Positions 30,564-41,343 of a stretch of 64,000 nt of DNA are shown here, in pieces. Position 1 is the first letter of the stretch, and each line of letters opens with the position of its first letter. The translations under genes and the position numbers were made by a program. The stretch covers positions 1,952,001 through 2,016,000 of the forward strand of contig CAVXRD010000002.1 of the NCBI GenBank assembly GCA_963764165.1. Reading direction: 5' to 3'. Below the pieces are notes generated by a model that searched no databases, was not told where the DNA came from, and saw only the letters and a list, made by a program, of their open reading frames with translations. The DNA is from an uncultured Verrucomicrobiae bacterium. Its GTDB lineage: Bacteria; Verrucomicrobiota; Verrucomicrobiia; Limisphaerales; Palsa-1400.

Positions 30564-33500
30564 ATGAAATTCCGGCGCGTCCTACTCATCGGTTTGCTTA
30601 TTGCCTCCATCGGCGTCTTAATTGGCGTGCGCATTTACACATCCCGCCTGCCGTCCCGGATCGGCACGTTTTCAGACGAAGAGTTCATCGCGGCGCGGCG
30701 GCTGGCGGGTGATTCCAATGAGCCGGCGCCGACGATGATCGTTCAAACTCCAATCGATTATTCCAAGCGCGTTCGCGTTTCCATCGGCAGCTTGGGGCTC
30801 CGCGGGGACGAGGATCAAAAAGTGGCCGCGCTCACGCTCGCCAACCTCAGCGCGGCCCGAGGTGTGGAATTGATCGAGCGAGAGGAGTTGGAGAAAGCGC
30901 TGCAGGAAATCCATATGCTCATGGACGGCTTCGTCCGGGCAAAGGACACTCTGCAGGTCGGCCAGATCCTTCACGCTGACTGGTTTGTCCTCGGTTCGTG
31001 GTATGATTTCAACGGAACAAATTCCGTCGTCATCCGAATTGTTGACGCGCACACGGGCGTTTTGCGCGCCGCGCGATTTCTCGACGGAGACTCCAGCCCG
31101 GCCCAAATGGCGGCGGAGCTGGCGGAGATTGTTCAAAATGCCCGCTCGCTCGCCACCACGACGAATCCTCCCGTGTTCGTGGGCTTGAGCGGATTTGACA
31201 ACGTAGGCGTCAATGACCGCCTGGCGGATTTCCCTCAGCAGCTCCGCGCCGGACTCACCGCCGAATATCGGGATTCGCACATCACCCTGGTGGAGCGCGA
31301 ACGCGTGGGCTTCCTGCTCCACGAAATGGCTCTCGACGCGTCCGGCTTCGCGGATTCCTCGAACAGCGCTCCGTTCGTTCCGCAGCCGGCGTTCTGGATT
31401 GTGGGCGGCTCTTACCAATCGTACGAAACAACCCAGCGCACCGTCGAACTCCGCGTCGAGATCGATCAAGTCTTCGGCACCTTGCGCGAAAAGTCGTTCC
31501 GGGTGCCAACGGGAGCGGAAGCTGTCGCGGCGGTGAAATCGTATGTGGACCAGACGATCGCCGCGCGAAGCCCGGCCGTGCATTACTCGAGAGTCACCGA
31601 AGCAAGCTGGTATCTTGATGTTGGAAAGCGAATTGCGGGATTGACTCCTGGCTCCCGGTCTTCGATTTTCAACACCACATACTCCCAGCAGCCAACGCCC
31701 ATGGAAGCGCGAAACATTCGCGAGGCGATGTCCGCCTTTCAATCCGCTGTTTTGCTGGAACCCACGAATCGGCCGGCGCGTTTGTATCTGGCCCAATGCC
31801 TGAAAATGCATTCCATCGGCAAGTATGAGGAGGCGCGTGAGATGCTGAAAAGCATCATCGATGAGGGTGTCCGCGACCAGTGGAAGATTCCCGCAGAAAT
31901 GCAGATGCAATTTCGCTACGAGATTAGCACGGAGAATATGGTGCGGTGGCTTGACGAGGCCGCGGCCAAGGCCACAAACGCAGTGGCAGCCGATTTTTAC
32001 AAATCGGCTTCTGAACGAACCCGTTCCTGGGCCGCGCGTGGCGAAATGTCAGCAGACACGGGCAAATCTCAAAAGGAGATTTTATTTGAAAGATTGAAGC
32101 AGCCAGGAGACTTCGACTCATATCGTTATTTTTATGGATTGGAAGGCGGCAAGAAGCGGCAGGCGATGGATGAATTGATCTCGTCCTTGCCGGAGATCAA
32201 ATCCACCTTTTCAAACCAGTATTTCAACGTCCTCGCCGCCGCTCTGAAGGAAGGCGCCGATACAAATGCTCTGGTGGCAGATGCGTTCGCTTCGCTCTAC
32301 AAGTCACAACTTCCCCGGGCCACAAACTCAGGGCAGGCCATCATCGACCTCGTGCTGACGCTAAATGACGTTGCCACCGCCTCGGCGAAGCGCACGAATT
32401 ATGGGTTTGCGATCGATATATTCACCAACCTGCTCGCTTCCAGTTTCGCGCACAAGCACGCGGATATGACATTAAACGATGCGAAGATGAGCCTTGCTTA
32501 CACGCTGGAAAATGCGGGCCGCTGGCAGGAAGCTCTCGATATATTCGAAACGTATTCCAACCGCCCGCTCCAAATGGCCAATACCGGCGTTTACGGGGAC
32601 GGGCTTACGCTGGTTTTCCCGCACATGCACGCGAGGCATTGCCGCAAAGAGCTTGGCCTGCCGCCGCTGCGGGATCCCCGCCAGTTCTCGGTTACAAATG
32701 ACGTCAACTGGGGTGGCCCATTTTGCTTTTCGGCGGAGAGCGGAAGCATTTGGGTCGGAGCAAAGAATGTCCTGTGGAACTTAAGCGCCGACGGCGAAAA
32801 GACAAACTCGTCCACTACGCTTCCCATCTCGCGGGAGGACGCGGTGACGGCCTTATACGGCGCGCCGGATGAGATTTGGCTGGGCACGCGGGCTAGCGGC
32901 TTGCTCGCGGTCAATCGCCGGACCAAGTCTGTTCGCCAATGGAAGCAGGCAGATGGTTTGTTGATGGATTCGATTAGTTCGCTGGCGATGGATGGCAAAA
33001 TACTTTGGATCGGTTACGGACAGAGGTGGAGGGAATACAGTGGGAGTGTTTCCGGATCGGCCAAAGGAGGATTGGGTTGCATGGATTTAGAGACCGGCCA
33101 CTTTACAACTTTGGGACACTCCATGAACCGGGAGATCAAAGGCGGCCCAGAAACGTTCGTCAGCGATATGATTGTGCCAGTCCCAAACGAGCTATGGTAT
33201 ATCGCCGGCTACGGGATTTTCCATTACGTGGCTGCCGAACATACCCACACGTCAGTCCTCGGCAACGTATTGAGCATGTCAGCGGACAGCGGCATCATCG
33301 CCGCAACAGGCAATAATCAGAAATCGCCTCTCGGTTTGTCGATTTTGGATCCAGCGTCAAAAAAATGGATGCCGGTTTTTGAAAAGAGCGATGCGCCGAT
33401 TGGGAACGCAAGCCTGGTCCGGGTTTTGAACGGCTCCGTCTGGCTCGGTGGCCTCGGCTTCGTTGCTTCGATCGATCCGAAGGAGAGCCGCGTCCGGCAT

Positions 33501-33611
33501 TTTGCCTACATCAACAGCCCTTACGGCATAGATGATTTGCAATGGTCGAACGGCGAACTATGGGGCCGGAAAGATTGGTGGCTGTTTCACGCGCGGGTGC
33601 CGGCGGATTGA
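30564..33611 (+). CDS. Large exported protein: two CsgG/HfaB-like domains, TPR-like region, beta-propeller
   Basis: N-terminal hydrophobic helix; ELIEREELEKALQE and TLVERERVGFLLHE; EIWLGTRASGL and DGL...ILWIG repeats. Confidence 0.7.
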   Translation: MKFRRVLLIGLLIASIGVLIGVRIYTSRLPSRIGTFSDEEFIAARRLAGDSNEPAPTMIVQTPIDYSKRVRVSIGSLGLRGDEDQKVAALTLANLSAARGVELIEREELEKALQEIHMLMDGFVRAKDTLQVGQILHADWFVLGSWYDFNGTNSVVIRIVDAHTGVLRAARFLDGDSSPAQMAAELAEIVQNARSLATTTNPPVFVGLSGFDNVGVNDRLADFPQQLRAGLTAEYRDSHITLVERERVGFLLHEMALDASGFADSSNSAPFVPQPAFWIVGGSYQSYETTQRTVELRVEIDQVFGTLREKSFRVPTGAEAVAAVKSYVDQTIAARSPAVHYSRVTEASWYLDVGKRIAGLTPGSRSSIFNTTYSQQPTPMEARNIREAMSAFQSAVLLEPTNRPARLYLAQCLKMHSIGKYEEAREMLKSIIDEGVRDQWKIPAEMQMQFRYEISTENMVRWLDEAAAKATNAVAADFYKSASERTRSWAARGEMSADTGKSQKEILFERLKQPGDFDSYRYFYGLEGGKKRQAMDELISSLPEIKSTFSNQYFNVLAAALKEGADTNALVADAFASLYKSQLPRATNSGQAIIDLVLTLNDVATASAKRTNYGFAIDIFTNLLASSFAHKHADMTLNDAKMSLAYTLENAGRWQEALDIFETYSNRPLQMANTGVYGDGLTLVFPHMHARHCRKELGLPPLRDPRQFSVTNDVNWGGPFCFSAESGSIWVGAKNVLWNLSADGEKTNSSTTLPISREDAVTALYGAPDEIWLGTRASGLLAVNRRTKSVRQWKQADGLLMDSISSLAMDGKILWIGYGQRWREYSGSVSGSAKGGLGCMDLETGHFTTLGHSMNREIKGGPETFVSDMIVPVPNELWYIAGYGIFHYVAAEHTHTSVLGNVLSMSADSGIIAATGNNQKSPLGLSILDPASKKWMPVFEKSDAPIGNASLVRVLNGSVWLGGLGFVASIDPKESRVRHFAYINSPYGIDDLQWSNGELWGRKDWWLFHARVPAD

Positions 33612-33864
33612 GGACACAATCGCGCAAGCGCAGACCTTGCGTTGAGTGCGAAGCGCCCCGCCGCCATCCCCTTGGTCACGTCCGCTCCGTGAATGAGATG
33701 CAAAACGGCGTATTACAGGACAGGCTGGAAACTATCCTAGAAAGGCATGACTCTAAGCTTGGATCCTGAGCCATAACCTGCAATGCGGCCTGAAAGGGCG
33801 ATATGTCGCGAAGCTTAATGCCTTGCTCCGACGAACGGGCGTTCGCACCGCGAAGCGGACTGCC

Positions 33865-34515
33865 TTACTTCTTCTCCTTCAACATCCAGTCAAAAATAAT
33901 TTTAACATCGTCGCCGCACTTCATTGCGCCCATGCTGAGGGTGGGTGTCGGCGGTTCCACGCCGAAATCTGTCATCTTGACGGCTGCGGTTCCTGTCACC
34001 CGGAGCTTGCCTTCCGCCTCCGGTTCGATGGTGATCGGGAACGTCACGGGCTTGGTCTGGCCAGCAATAGTAAGTGCTCCCTTGGCTTCAAAGTCAAATG
34101 GCTTCCCAGCTTCGTGCGGACCCTTGAATTTCAATTCCGCCAGCTTGAACTCGACCACGTGGAAATCCGACTCCTTCATGTTTTTCTTCATGAGGTCATC
34201 CATGACTTCCGGAAGATGCTCGGCTTTGCTGTGAAAACCCGCTACCGCAACGAGCACACGAGATTTCACCGTGAGTTTGTCGCCCTGCATTCCAGCGGGG
34301 GCGGCTTGCGATTTGTCCAATGTCATGCCCGGCGGGAATTCAATGGTTCCACCAATGTTTTTCGACTCCATTTCCCAATCGTGCAAGGTCGACGTGCCGG
34401 TGATCTTGATGGAGGTGCCCGCCGCTTGTGATTTATACGTTGTCTGGGCGTGGGCGGCCATGCATGCGGCGAGGCTGCAGGCCCAGATGACGGCGGAGGT
34501 TCGGATGATGCTCAT
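33865..34515 (-). CDS. YceI-family protein
   Basis: Signal peptide; ITGTSTLHDW, GALTIAGQTK and MTDFGVEPP. Confidence 0.88.
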   Translation of the reverse strand: MSIIRTSAVIWACSLAACMAAHAQTTYKSQAAGTSIKITGTSTLHDWEMESKNIGGTIEFPPGMTLDKSQAAPAGMQGDKLTVKSRVLVAVAGFHSKAEHLPEVMDDLMKKNMKESDFHVVEFKLAELKFKGPHEAGKPFDFEAKGALTIAGQTKPVTFPITIEPEAEGKLRVTGTAAVKMTDFGVEPPTPTLSMGAMKCGDDVKIIFDWMLKEKK

Positions 34516-35927
34516 AATTCAAACCATTCTTTCTTGAATTCGATCTTTTGTTGTTTGAGGGCAGCCTCGTTGGCGATGATGGCCATGACGGTGGCCTCGA
34601 GTCCGTCCTGCCAGGTTGCTGTGGGCTTGGAGTTGATGGCGGGAATTGTCTTAAGATAATCGGCCAAGTCCTTGGGATCCTCGTCGGGATACGATTCGGC
34701 GCGCAATTTGACTTCGCCCGCCTGGCGGCCGGCTTTGTTGACGAAGTTATCGAGCGCGTAATAAAGCGGCTCGTGCTCGTAGGGCTTGAACGACTCGGCG
34801 CTGCCGGCCAGGGTCGTTTGCTTCGAGGCGCCAGCCACGAGGGCAATGCCCAATTCGTCGTAAAATGTGTCGTGCCGCGCATAGACTTCCCAGCCGCCCA
34901 GGGCCGCGCTTCGCTCCTTGAACAGCCACGCCTTGAAATCGCGCATCATCATCGCCGCTTCGGCGCCGAGGTAGGTTTCGTAGGAGCGCTCATAGGAATT
35001 GCACAGCGTCAGATCGTGGAAAAAATTGACGCCATGCGGAAATTCAAATACGCCCTGCACGGTGTCCGGCATGGTCCGGTTGTCGGTGTATTCGCCAATG
35101 GTGGAACTGAAGCCAGTGACGGCTTTGGGCCGCGCGTGAAGGAAATTGCTGACCGTATCAATCTGGTGAATTCCCACTTCCGCAAACAGCCCGTTGGCAG
35201 TCTTTCGATCCAAACGCCAGTTCAATTCTTTCTCCCGCTGCTCGCTTGGAGCGGTCTGATGCCAGGAATCCTTGATGTGCGTCTGGGCGCGCGCCATGAC
35301 GAACTTGCCCAACGCTCCCGTGCGGACGAACGGCAAAAGAAACGTGAGCTGCGGATGCGAACGCTGCTGCAAGCCGGGCTGGAAAACGAGTTTGACGGCA
35401 TCACGAGCGGCTCTGCAAATCGCTTTCGCGTCATCAATTGTATTGGCCAGGGGCGCCTCGCAATAAACATTCTTGCCGGCGGCCAGGGCGTCCAGCGCGA
35501 TTTCTTTGTGCGTGCCTGTTGGCGTGGCAATCACAACGGCTTGGACGTTGGGATCGGCGAGCAGCATTTTGTAATCCTCGTAAGATTGCGCTCCCGGAAG
35601 ATCTTTGGCTGCACGGCGGAGCCACGACTTGTAAGTATCGCAGATCGCAACTACGGGGCTGTTGTTTTGCTTTTCGCGGAGAGGATCGTTGTTGAGCGCT
35701 TTAAATTGCGTCAGGATTTCCCGCCCCCACTGGCCAACGCCGATGACGCCGACATTGACCTGCGGTCCGGCGGGAATTTTGGTCAGGGCGGTTTCGGCGG
35801 GGGCGGTTGTTTTGCTGTCGTCCGCCCGCAATTCCACGCCTCCCATGAGAGCCATCACAGTGGCCAGAGACGCTTGTTTGAGGAAATCGCGCCGATTCGG
35901 GTCCGGGATGTCGTTTGTGTTCTTCAT
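34512..35927 (-). CDS. Tat-exported Gfo/Idh/MocA oxidoreductase
   Basis: NRRDFLK Tat motif, VGVIGVGQWG and AVVIATPTGTH...VYCEAP. Confidence 0.9.
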   Translation of the reverse strand: MKNTNDIPDPNRRDFLKQASLATVMALMGGVELRADDSKTTAPAETALTKIPAGPQVNVGVIGVGQWGREILTQFKALNNDPLREKQNNSPVVAICDTYKSWLRRAAKDLPGAQSYEDYKMLLADPNVQAVVIATPTGTHKEIALDALAAGKNVYCEAPLANTIDDAKAICRAARDAVKLVFQPGLQQRSHPQLTFLLPFVRTGALGKFVMARAQTHIKDSWHQTAPSEQREKELNWRLDRKTANGLFAEVGIHQIDTVSNFLHARPKAVTGFSSTIGEYTDNRTMPDTVQGVFEFPHGVNFFHDLTLCNSYERSYETYLGAEAAMMMRDFKAWLFKERSAALGGWEVYARHDTFYDELGIALVAGASKQTTLAGSAESFKPYEHEPLYYALDNFVNKAGRQAGEVKLRAESYPDEDPKDLADYLKTIPAINSKPTATWQDGLEATVMAIIANEAALKQQKIEFKKEWFEL

Positions 35928-36006
35928 GTCTGTAGTCAGATTAGAGCCATAATGAGACGATTCAAAGCAAGCCACAATTCAAATGAAGGCGCAGATCAAC
36001 GCAGCA

Positions 36007-36044
36007 TGGCCACAGATGGACACAGATCCACACAGATAAGAATT
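36007..36044. repeat. Intact single arm of the family-D repeat
   Basis: tggccacagatggacacagatccacacagataagaatt. Confidence 0.75.
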
Positions 36045-36293
36045 CCTGAACTCGAAACGGCGAGGCCGATCACATGGGTGTAATTAGAAATGGTTATGCC
36101 CGAACGCGCTCCGACGGAGAAGCGCAAAGAGTAAGTAAGGCCTGGCTCGGCTGGCAGCCTCACCCTGCCGAGTTCATGGTTCAATGCGCGAAAATTCCAT
36201 TAGGAGAATTCTCTCTCCATCACTCTCCTCCCGCCGCTGCGGGACGGGGCGGGAGGGAAGATCAATTCAGCTCCGGAAGCTTTATTGGCACAG

Positions 36294-36725
36294 CTACGGC
36301 AGATCGAGTTTCTGAATGCGCTGAAGGTGGCGTCCGCCCGCGAAGGGTGTCGCCAGCCAGATGCGCACAATTTCCAGGGCAAGTTCAATGGCCATCATGC
36401 GCTGGCCGATGGAAAGGACGTTGGCATCGTTATGCTCACGGCCCAGGCGGGCGCTTTCCAAATTCCAGCAGAGCGCGCAGCGCACTCCGCGAATGCGATT
36501 GGCCATGATGGCTTCGCCATTGCCGGAACCGCCGAGCACAATGCCGCGTTCAACTTCGCCTTTCGCCACCGCTTCCGCCACCGGGCGAATGAAGTCCGGA
36601 TAATCGACTGGTTCGGTGCTGGTCGTGCCGAAATCGCGCACCTCATGGCTGAGTTCGCGCAGCAATGATTTGATCCGCTCCTTGTAACCGTAACCAGCAT
36701 GATCCGACCCGATCCCGATTTTCAT
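36294..36725 (-). CDS. rpiB: Ribose-5-phosphate isomerase B
   Basis: IGSDHAG, DYPD, GGSGNGE, REHNDAN and GGRH. Confidence 0.95.
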   Translation of the reverse strand: MKIGIGSDHAGYGYKERIKSLLRELSHEVRDFGTTSTEPVDYPDFIRPVAEAVAKGEVERGIVLGGSGNGEAIMANRIRGVRCALCWNLESARLGREHNDANVLSIGQRMMAIELALEIVRIWLATPFAGGRHLQRIQKLDLP

Positions 36726-36740
36726 AAATTCACTTTACTC

Positions 36741-37913
36741 CTAAGCGCAGCCTTGCACGAATCTTTTCATCCGCCGCGCCGCCTCCTCGAGACGATCCGG
36801 CGCGGTGGCGAAACAGCAGCGAATAAATCCCTCGCCGCTGGGCCCGAATGCCGTTCCCGGCACGCAGGCCACTTTCTCGCCGTGCAATAATTTCAGGGCA
36901 AACTGTTTTGAATCAAGTCCGGTGGCACGAATATTGGGAAAAGCGTAAAATGAGCCGTGCGGAATGTGGCAGCTCAGCCCCATCTCGATCAGCGCGTTCA
37001 CAAAAAAATCCCGGCGCGAGCGGTATTGGTCGCGCATATGCGCTGTGTCGGGTTCGCCGCACTCCAGCGCCTGGATCGCCGCCTCCTGGCTGATGAGGCT
37101 CGCGCACAGCATTGAGTATTGATGAATCTTCATCATCGCTTCGACAACTTCCACCGGGCCGCACGCGTAGCCGATGCGAAAGCCCGTCATGGCGTAAGCC
37201 TTGGAAAATCCGTGCGCAAAAATCGTCCGCTCGCGCATCCCCGGCAGCGACGCGATGCTGGTATGCTCGCCTTCAAAGGTAAGCTCGGCGTAAATCTCGT
37301 CTGTCAATACGATTAAATCGCGGCTCTTGGCGATCTCGGCGATTTTTTCCAATTCCGGGCGCGTCATCGTGCCGCCGGTCGGATTCGTCGGAAAATTCAG
37401 GACAAGCATTTTGCTGCGCGGCGTGATGGCTTTTTCGATCTCTTCCGCCGTCACCGAAAATCCATCCTCAGCCCGGCAAACCACCGGCACAGGCACGCCG
37501 CCGGCAAGCGTGATTCCGGGCGCGTAGCTGACGTAACACGGTTCGTGGTAAATGACTTCGTCGCCGGGATTAATGATGGCGCGAAATGCCAGGTCCATCG
37601 CCTCGCTGACGCCGACGGCCACGAGGATGTCGGTTTTCGGACTATACGCGACATGAAAATTCTTCTCGACGTGTTTTGAGATGGCCTCGCGCAGCTTGAG
37701 CAGCCCGAGATTGGAAGTGTAGGTCGTGCGCCCGGTTTCAATGGCGGTGATGGCGGCCTTGCGGATGTGCAGCGGGGTCACGAAATCCGGCTCGCCCACT
37801 CCCAGGGAAATGATGTCTTTCATCTCCGACACGATGTCGAAGAATTCCCGAATGCCTGACCGCGGAAGGGCGGCGACGTGGCGGGCGACGAATCTTTGTG
37901 GGTTTTGCTCCAC
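36741..37913 (-). CDS. PLP-dependent aminotransferase class I/II
   Basis: LGVGEPD, NFPTNPTG, DEIY and FSKAYAMTGFRIG; GTG start at 37913 assumed. Confidence 0.93.
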   Translation of the reverse strand: MEQNPQRFVARHVAALPRSGIREFFDIVSEMKDIISLGVGEPDFVTPLHIRKAAITAIETGRTTYTSNLGLLKLREAISKHVEKNFHVAYSPKTDILVAVGVSEAMDLAFRAIINPGDEVIYHEPCYVSYAPGITLAGGVPVPVVCRAEDGFSVTAEEIEKAITPRSKMLVLNFPTNPTGGTMTRPELEKIAEIAKSRDLIVLTDEIYAELTFEGEHTSIASLPGMRERTIFAHGFSKAYAMTGFRIGYACGPVEVVEAMMKIHQYSMLCASLISQEAAIQALECGEPDTAHMRDQYRSRRDFFVNALIEMGLSCHIPHGSFYAFPNIRATGLDSKQFALKLLHGEKVACVPGTAFGPSGEGFIRCCFATAPDRLEEAARRMKRFVQGCA

Positions 37914-37951
37914 GGCGTAATCGTAGCAGCCCAATGGAGAAGGGCAAGTTG

Positions 37952-39235
37952 CTAGGCCGCCGCTTGGTCGGTCTTGCGGCGGATGATCGGCTTGGCTTCG
38001 CCGAGAACGGCGGGCCGGGTGATCGTCACGCTCGCCATGTCCTCAGCGGCGGGCGCCTCGTACATGATATCAAGCATAAGTTTTTCCAGCAGGCTGCGGA
38101 GGGCGCGCGCGCCGGTTCCCTTCTTGATGGCCTGGGCCGCCAGTTCCCGCAAGGCGTCGGGAGTAAATTCCAATTCCACACCCTCCATATAGAGCAGCTT
38201 CTGGTACTGCTTGATGAGGGCGTTCCGGGTTTCGGTGAGAATCAAAACCAATTGATCCTCGGTCAATTCCTCCAAAACCGTCGTCATCGGCAGGCGGCCG
38301 ACAAATTCAGGAATGAAGCCAAATGAAATCAAATCTTCCGGCTCAACCATGCTGAGCACCTTGTCGCGCCCGATGGAGCTGGAGCGCGCATTCTGCTCCG
38401 CCGCGCCAAAACCCATTACGCGATTGCCGATGCGGCGCTGAATGATTTTTTCCAATCCAACAAAAGCGCCGCCGCAGACAAACAATATGCCGCTCGTATC
38501 CACCCGGATATATTCCTGCTGCGGATGCTTGCGGCCGCCCTGAGGTGGGACGTTGCAAATGGTGCCCTCGAGAATTTTCAACAGCGCCTGCTGCACACCC
38601 TCGCCGGAAACGTCGCGAGTGATGGAAACATTTTCGGTCTTGCGGGCGATTTTGTCGATTTCGTCGATGTAAACAATTCCCATTTGGGCGCGTTTGACGT
38701 CGTAATCGGCGTTTTGCAGCAAACGCAAAATGATATTCTCGACGTCTTCGCCTACATAACCGGCCTCGGTTAAAGTGGTGGCGTCAGCGATGGCAAACGG
38801 CACATCCAAAATGCGGGCCAGCGTGCGGGCGAGAAGCGTCTTGCCGGAGCCAGTCGGGCCGATCAGCAGGATGTTGCTCTTTTCGATTTCAACTTCCGCG
38901 TGGCGCGCCTCGCTCAGTTCGTCGGAACCGGCGCGGGCTGTTTCCTGCATGAGGCGCTTGAAATGGTTATGGACGGCAACCGCCAGAGTCTTCTTGGCAT
39001 GATCCTGGCCAATGCAATGGATATCGAGGTGCGCCTTAATATCACACGGCTTGGGAATCGCGAACTTCGGCGCATTGCGCTTCGTCTCCGCCGACAATTC
39101 CTTGTCGAGGACGCTTTTGCATAGCGTGATGCAATTGTCGCAGATGTAGACGCCGGGGCCGGCAATGAGCTTTTTGACTTCGGCGTGGGACTTTCCGCAG
39201 AAGCTGCAAAGCGTGATATTATTCGGTCTGGCCAT
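37952..39235 (-). CDS. clpX: ATP-dependent Clp protease ATP-binding subunit ClpX
   Basis: CSFCGK zinc finger, GPTGSGKT and [13 protein letters not shown]. Confidence 0.99.
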   Translation of the reverse strand: MARPNNITLCSFCGKSHAEVKKLIAGPGVYICDNCITLCKSVLDKELSAETKRNAPKFAIPKPCDIKAHLDIHCIGQDHAKKTLAVAVHNHFKRLMQETARAGSDELSEARHAEVEIEKSNILLIGPTGSGKTLLARTLARILDVPFAIADATTLTEAGYVGEDVENIILRLLQNADYDVKRAQMGIVYIDEIDKIARKTENVSITRDVSGEGVQQALLKILEGTICNVPPQGGRKHPQQEYIRVDTSGILFVCGGAFVGLEKIIQRRIGNRVMGFGAAEQNARSSSIGRDKVLSMVEPEDLISFGFIPEFVGRLPMTTVLEELTEDQLVLILTETRNALIKQYQKLLYMEGVELEFTPDALRELAAQAIKKGTGARALRSLLEKLMLDIMYEAPAAEDMASVTITRPAVLGEAKPIIRRKTDQAAA

Positions 39236-39241
39236 TTCGAC

Positions 39242-39877
39242 TTAAGGGATTTTATCCGCAGGAGTTTGATCCGTCAAACCGGGAATCTGCTTCCTGGATT
39301 GCACGACCTCATCAACCAGGCCGTAGGCTTTGGCTTCGTCGGCCGTCATGAAATTGTCGCGATCACAATCCTTTTCGACTTGTTCAATCGGCTTTCCAGT
39401 GTGTTTGGAGATGATCGAATTGAGGCGATGCTTCAATTTGAGCATGTACTTCACACGGATTTCGACGTCGCTGGCCTGGCCTTCGGCGCCGCCGAGGACC
39501 TGGTGGATCATGATATTGGCGTTGGGCAGCGCGTAGCGTTTGCCCTTTGTTCCGCCGCACAAAAGAACCGCGCCCATGCTCGCCGCCTGGCCGATGCAAT
39601 ATGTATTCGTATCGCAGGTCAGGAATTGCATGGTGTCGTAAATGGCCAGACCCGCCGTGACGCTGCCGCCCGGCGAATTGATATAAAGATGAATGTCCTT
39701 CTTCGGATCGGCCATTTGAAGGAAGAGCAGTTGGGCAATAATCAAATTCGCCACCATGTCATCAACCGGCGTCCCGAGAAAAACGATGCGGTCGACCAGC
39801 AAGCGCGAATAAATATCGTAACCGCGTTCGCCGCGTCCGGTCTGCTCCACCACCATTGGCACTAAAAAATTTTGCAT
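39242..39877 (-). CDS. clpP: ATP-dependent Clp protease proteolytic subunit
   Basis: [21 protein letters not shown] and MIHQ. Confidence 0.99.
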   Translation of the reverse strand: MQNFLVPMVVEQTGRGERGYDIYSRLLVDRIVFLGTPVDDMVANLIIAQLLFLQMADPKKDIHLYINSPGGSVTAGLAIYDTMQFLTCDTNTYCIGQAASMGAVLLCGGTKGKRYALPNANIMIHQVLGGAEGQASDVEIRVKYMLKLKHRLNSIISKHTGKPIEQVEKDCDRDNFMTADEAKAYGLVDEVVQSRKQIPGLTDQTPADKIP

Positions 39878-40039
39878 AAGGTCCTAAATGTGCTTCCGAC
39901 TGTTTGTGCAACCTAACGGAAGTAACACTGACCGTCAAGCAGCCCAGCCCCCGCCTCCCAGCGGCGCCAACGAGGGCTGGCCTCAACCGTATATCGGCAC
40001 AATGCGTCCAGCACTTTAGGCAGGGCGGAGGCTTTTTGC

Positions 40040-40125
40040 GCAGCGCCGATTTCCAATCTGCTGCATCGCAGGATTCCAGGCTGGCTTGCGGTGTTCCGGC
40101 AAGCAGGTTTGGAAACCTGCGCTGC
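40040..40125. repeat. REP-like repeat family C (AGCAGGTTTGGAAACCTGC)
   Basis: Palindromic unit at 40102-40125 with degenerate partners at 40040-40078; same unit at 60483-60506. Confidence 0.65.
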
Positions 40126-40165
40126 GAACACCGTGTGACAAAACACCCGCCGTTATGTCAAATCG

Positions 40166-40324
40166 ATGATGTTGCAATGGCGAAAGACAAATCGCGGGAA
40201 GGCAAGCGGGTTCAGCTTGACGGAATTGTTGTGCGTGATGCTGATCATTGCGATTCTCGCGGCGCTTTATCTGGGATCGATTTCGAAGGCCTTCGCCCAC
40301 GTGATAAAATTTCTGAAACAATAG
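40166..40324 (+). CDS. Very short type IV prepilin-like protein (52 aa)
   Basis: Below the track cut-off: [52 protein letters not shown]; basic leader, G|F cleavage site and E5. Confidence 0.75.
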   Translation: MMLQWRKTNRGKASGFSLTELLCVMLIIAILAALYLGSISKAFAHVIKFLKQ

Positions 40325-40369
40325 CCCATTCCGTTTGACAACAGCGGCCCGGGGCGTTTTTTTTGCTTC

Positions 40370-40783
40370 ATGGCTTCATCAGGATACTCCGGCACTCCCC
40401 TCTGGAAAAAGCTTGGCTGCAAGACTGGCATGGCTGCCTATGTGGACGGCGCTCCGAAAAATTACCTCGATCTATTGTCTTTGCCGGCGGACGTGCGGAT
40501 CCGGTGGCTCAAACGTCCCGCATCGGGCATGAACTTTGTGCATTTGTTTTCTGCTGGAGCCTCCGCGCTGATGACAAGGCTGAATTCCTGCCGGGAAAAA
40601 ATCGCTCCCGACGCCATAGTGTGGATTTCGTGGCCGAAGAAAACATCGGGCGTGAAAAGCGACCTCTCCGAGAATTTGATTCGTGACATGATTCTGCCGA
40701 CCGGCTTGGTGGATATAAAAGTTTGCGCGCTGGACGAGACATGGTCGGGATTGAAGTTCATGATTCGGAAGGAACTTCGGTAA
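40370..40783 (+). CDS. DUF3052-like protein
   Basis: GYSGTPLWKKLG, WISWPKK and GLVDIKVCALDETWSGLKF. Confidence 0.85.
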   Translation: MASSGYSGTPLWKKLGCKTGMAAYVDGAPKNYLDLLSLPADVRIRWLKRPASGMNFVHLFSAGASALMTRLNSCREKIAPDAIVWISWPKKTSGVKSDLSENLIRDMILPTGLVDIKVCALDETWSGLKFMIRKELR

Positions 40784-41343
40784 CCAAGCGAAACCGCGCC
40801 CCATGTTGCCTCGGCGCGCTGGCGAGGCAGTTTTGTGGTTCCTCAATGTTTTCAGTGGAATGAGACAACTCGTTAGCCGTCGTTGCGGGACAACCCATTT
40901 GGAATCCAGGCTTGGCACTGGCTTGGCCAAAGCTCGTTATAGTGTATGATCTCGAAAAAGGGGCAACACCCGCTACACGGTTGACCATCAACGAGATAAG
41001 GGGCAACAAAAATAGCAACAAACCCGCAACAGACCCGCAACATTTCTTCCCGCGCTGTCGGGTTGCATGAAACGCGGCGTCTTTCCGTCGTTCCCTGAAA
41101 ATTTACATCAAGATGCCTGCACCAGCATTGTTCCATTGAAAACAGCGAGGAACCAGTTTTGTCGCATGGCAACCACGAGCAAATTTCCAGAGAACTTGCG
41201 GGCGGCGATGCAGGAAGCGTTACGAATTCAAGACCGGTTCATCATTGAACCGATGTGTTTCCAGACAGGCTGCGGCCATATGAAAAGCGAAGGCATCGCG
41301 ACCCTGCCATTAATGATTCTAAGAAGCATGACGCATTCTTTGT

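Noticed and set aside
40783..41340. Short ORFs between the DUF3052-like gene and infC, or a RAYT remnant
   Set aside because: No recognisable motifs; cannot be supported by eye.
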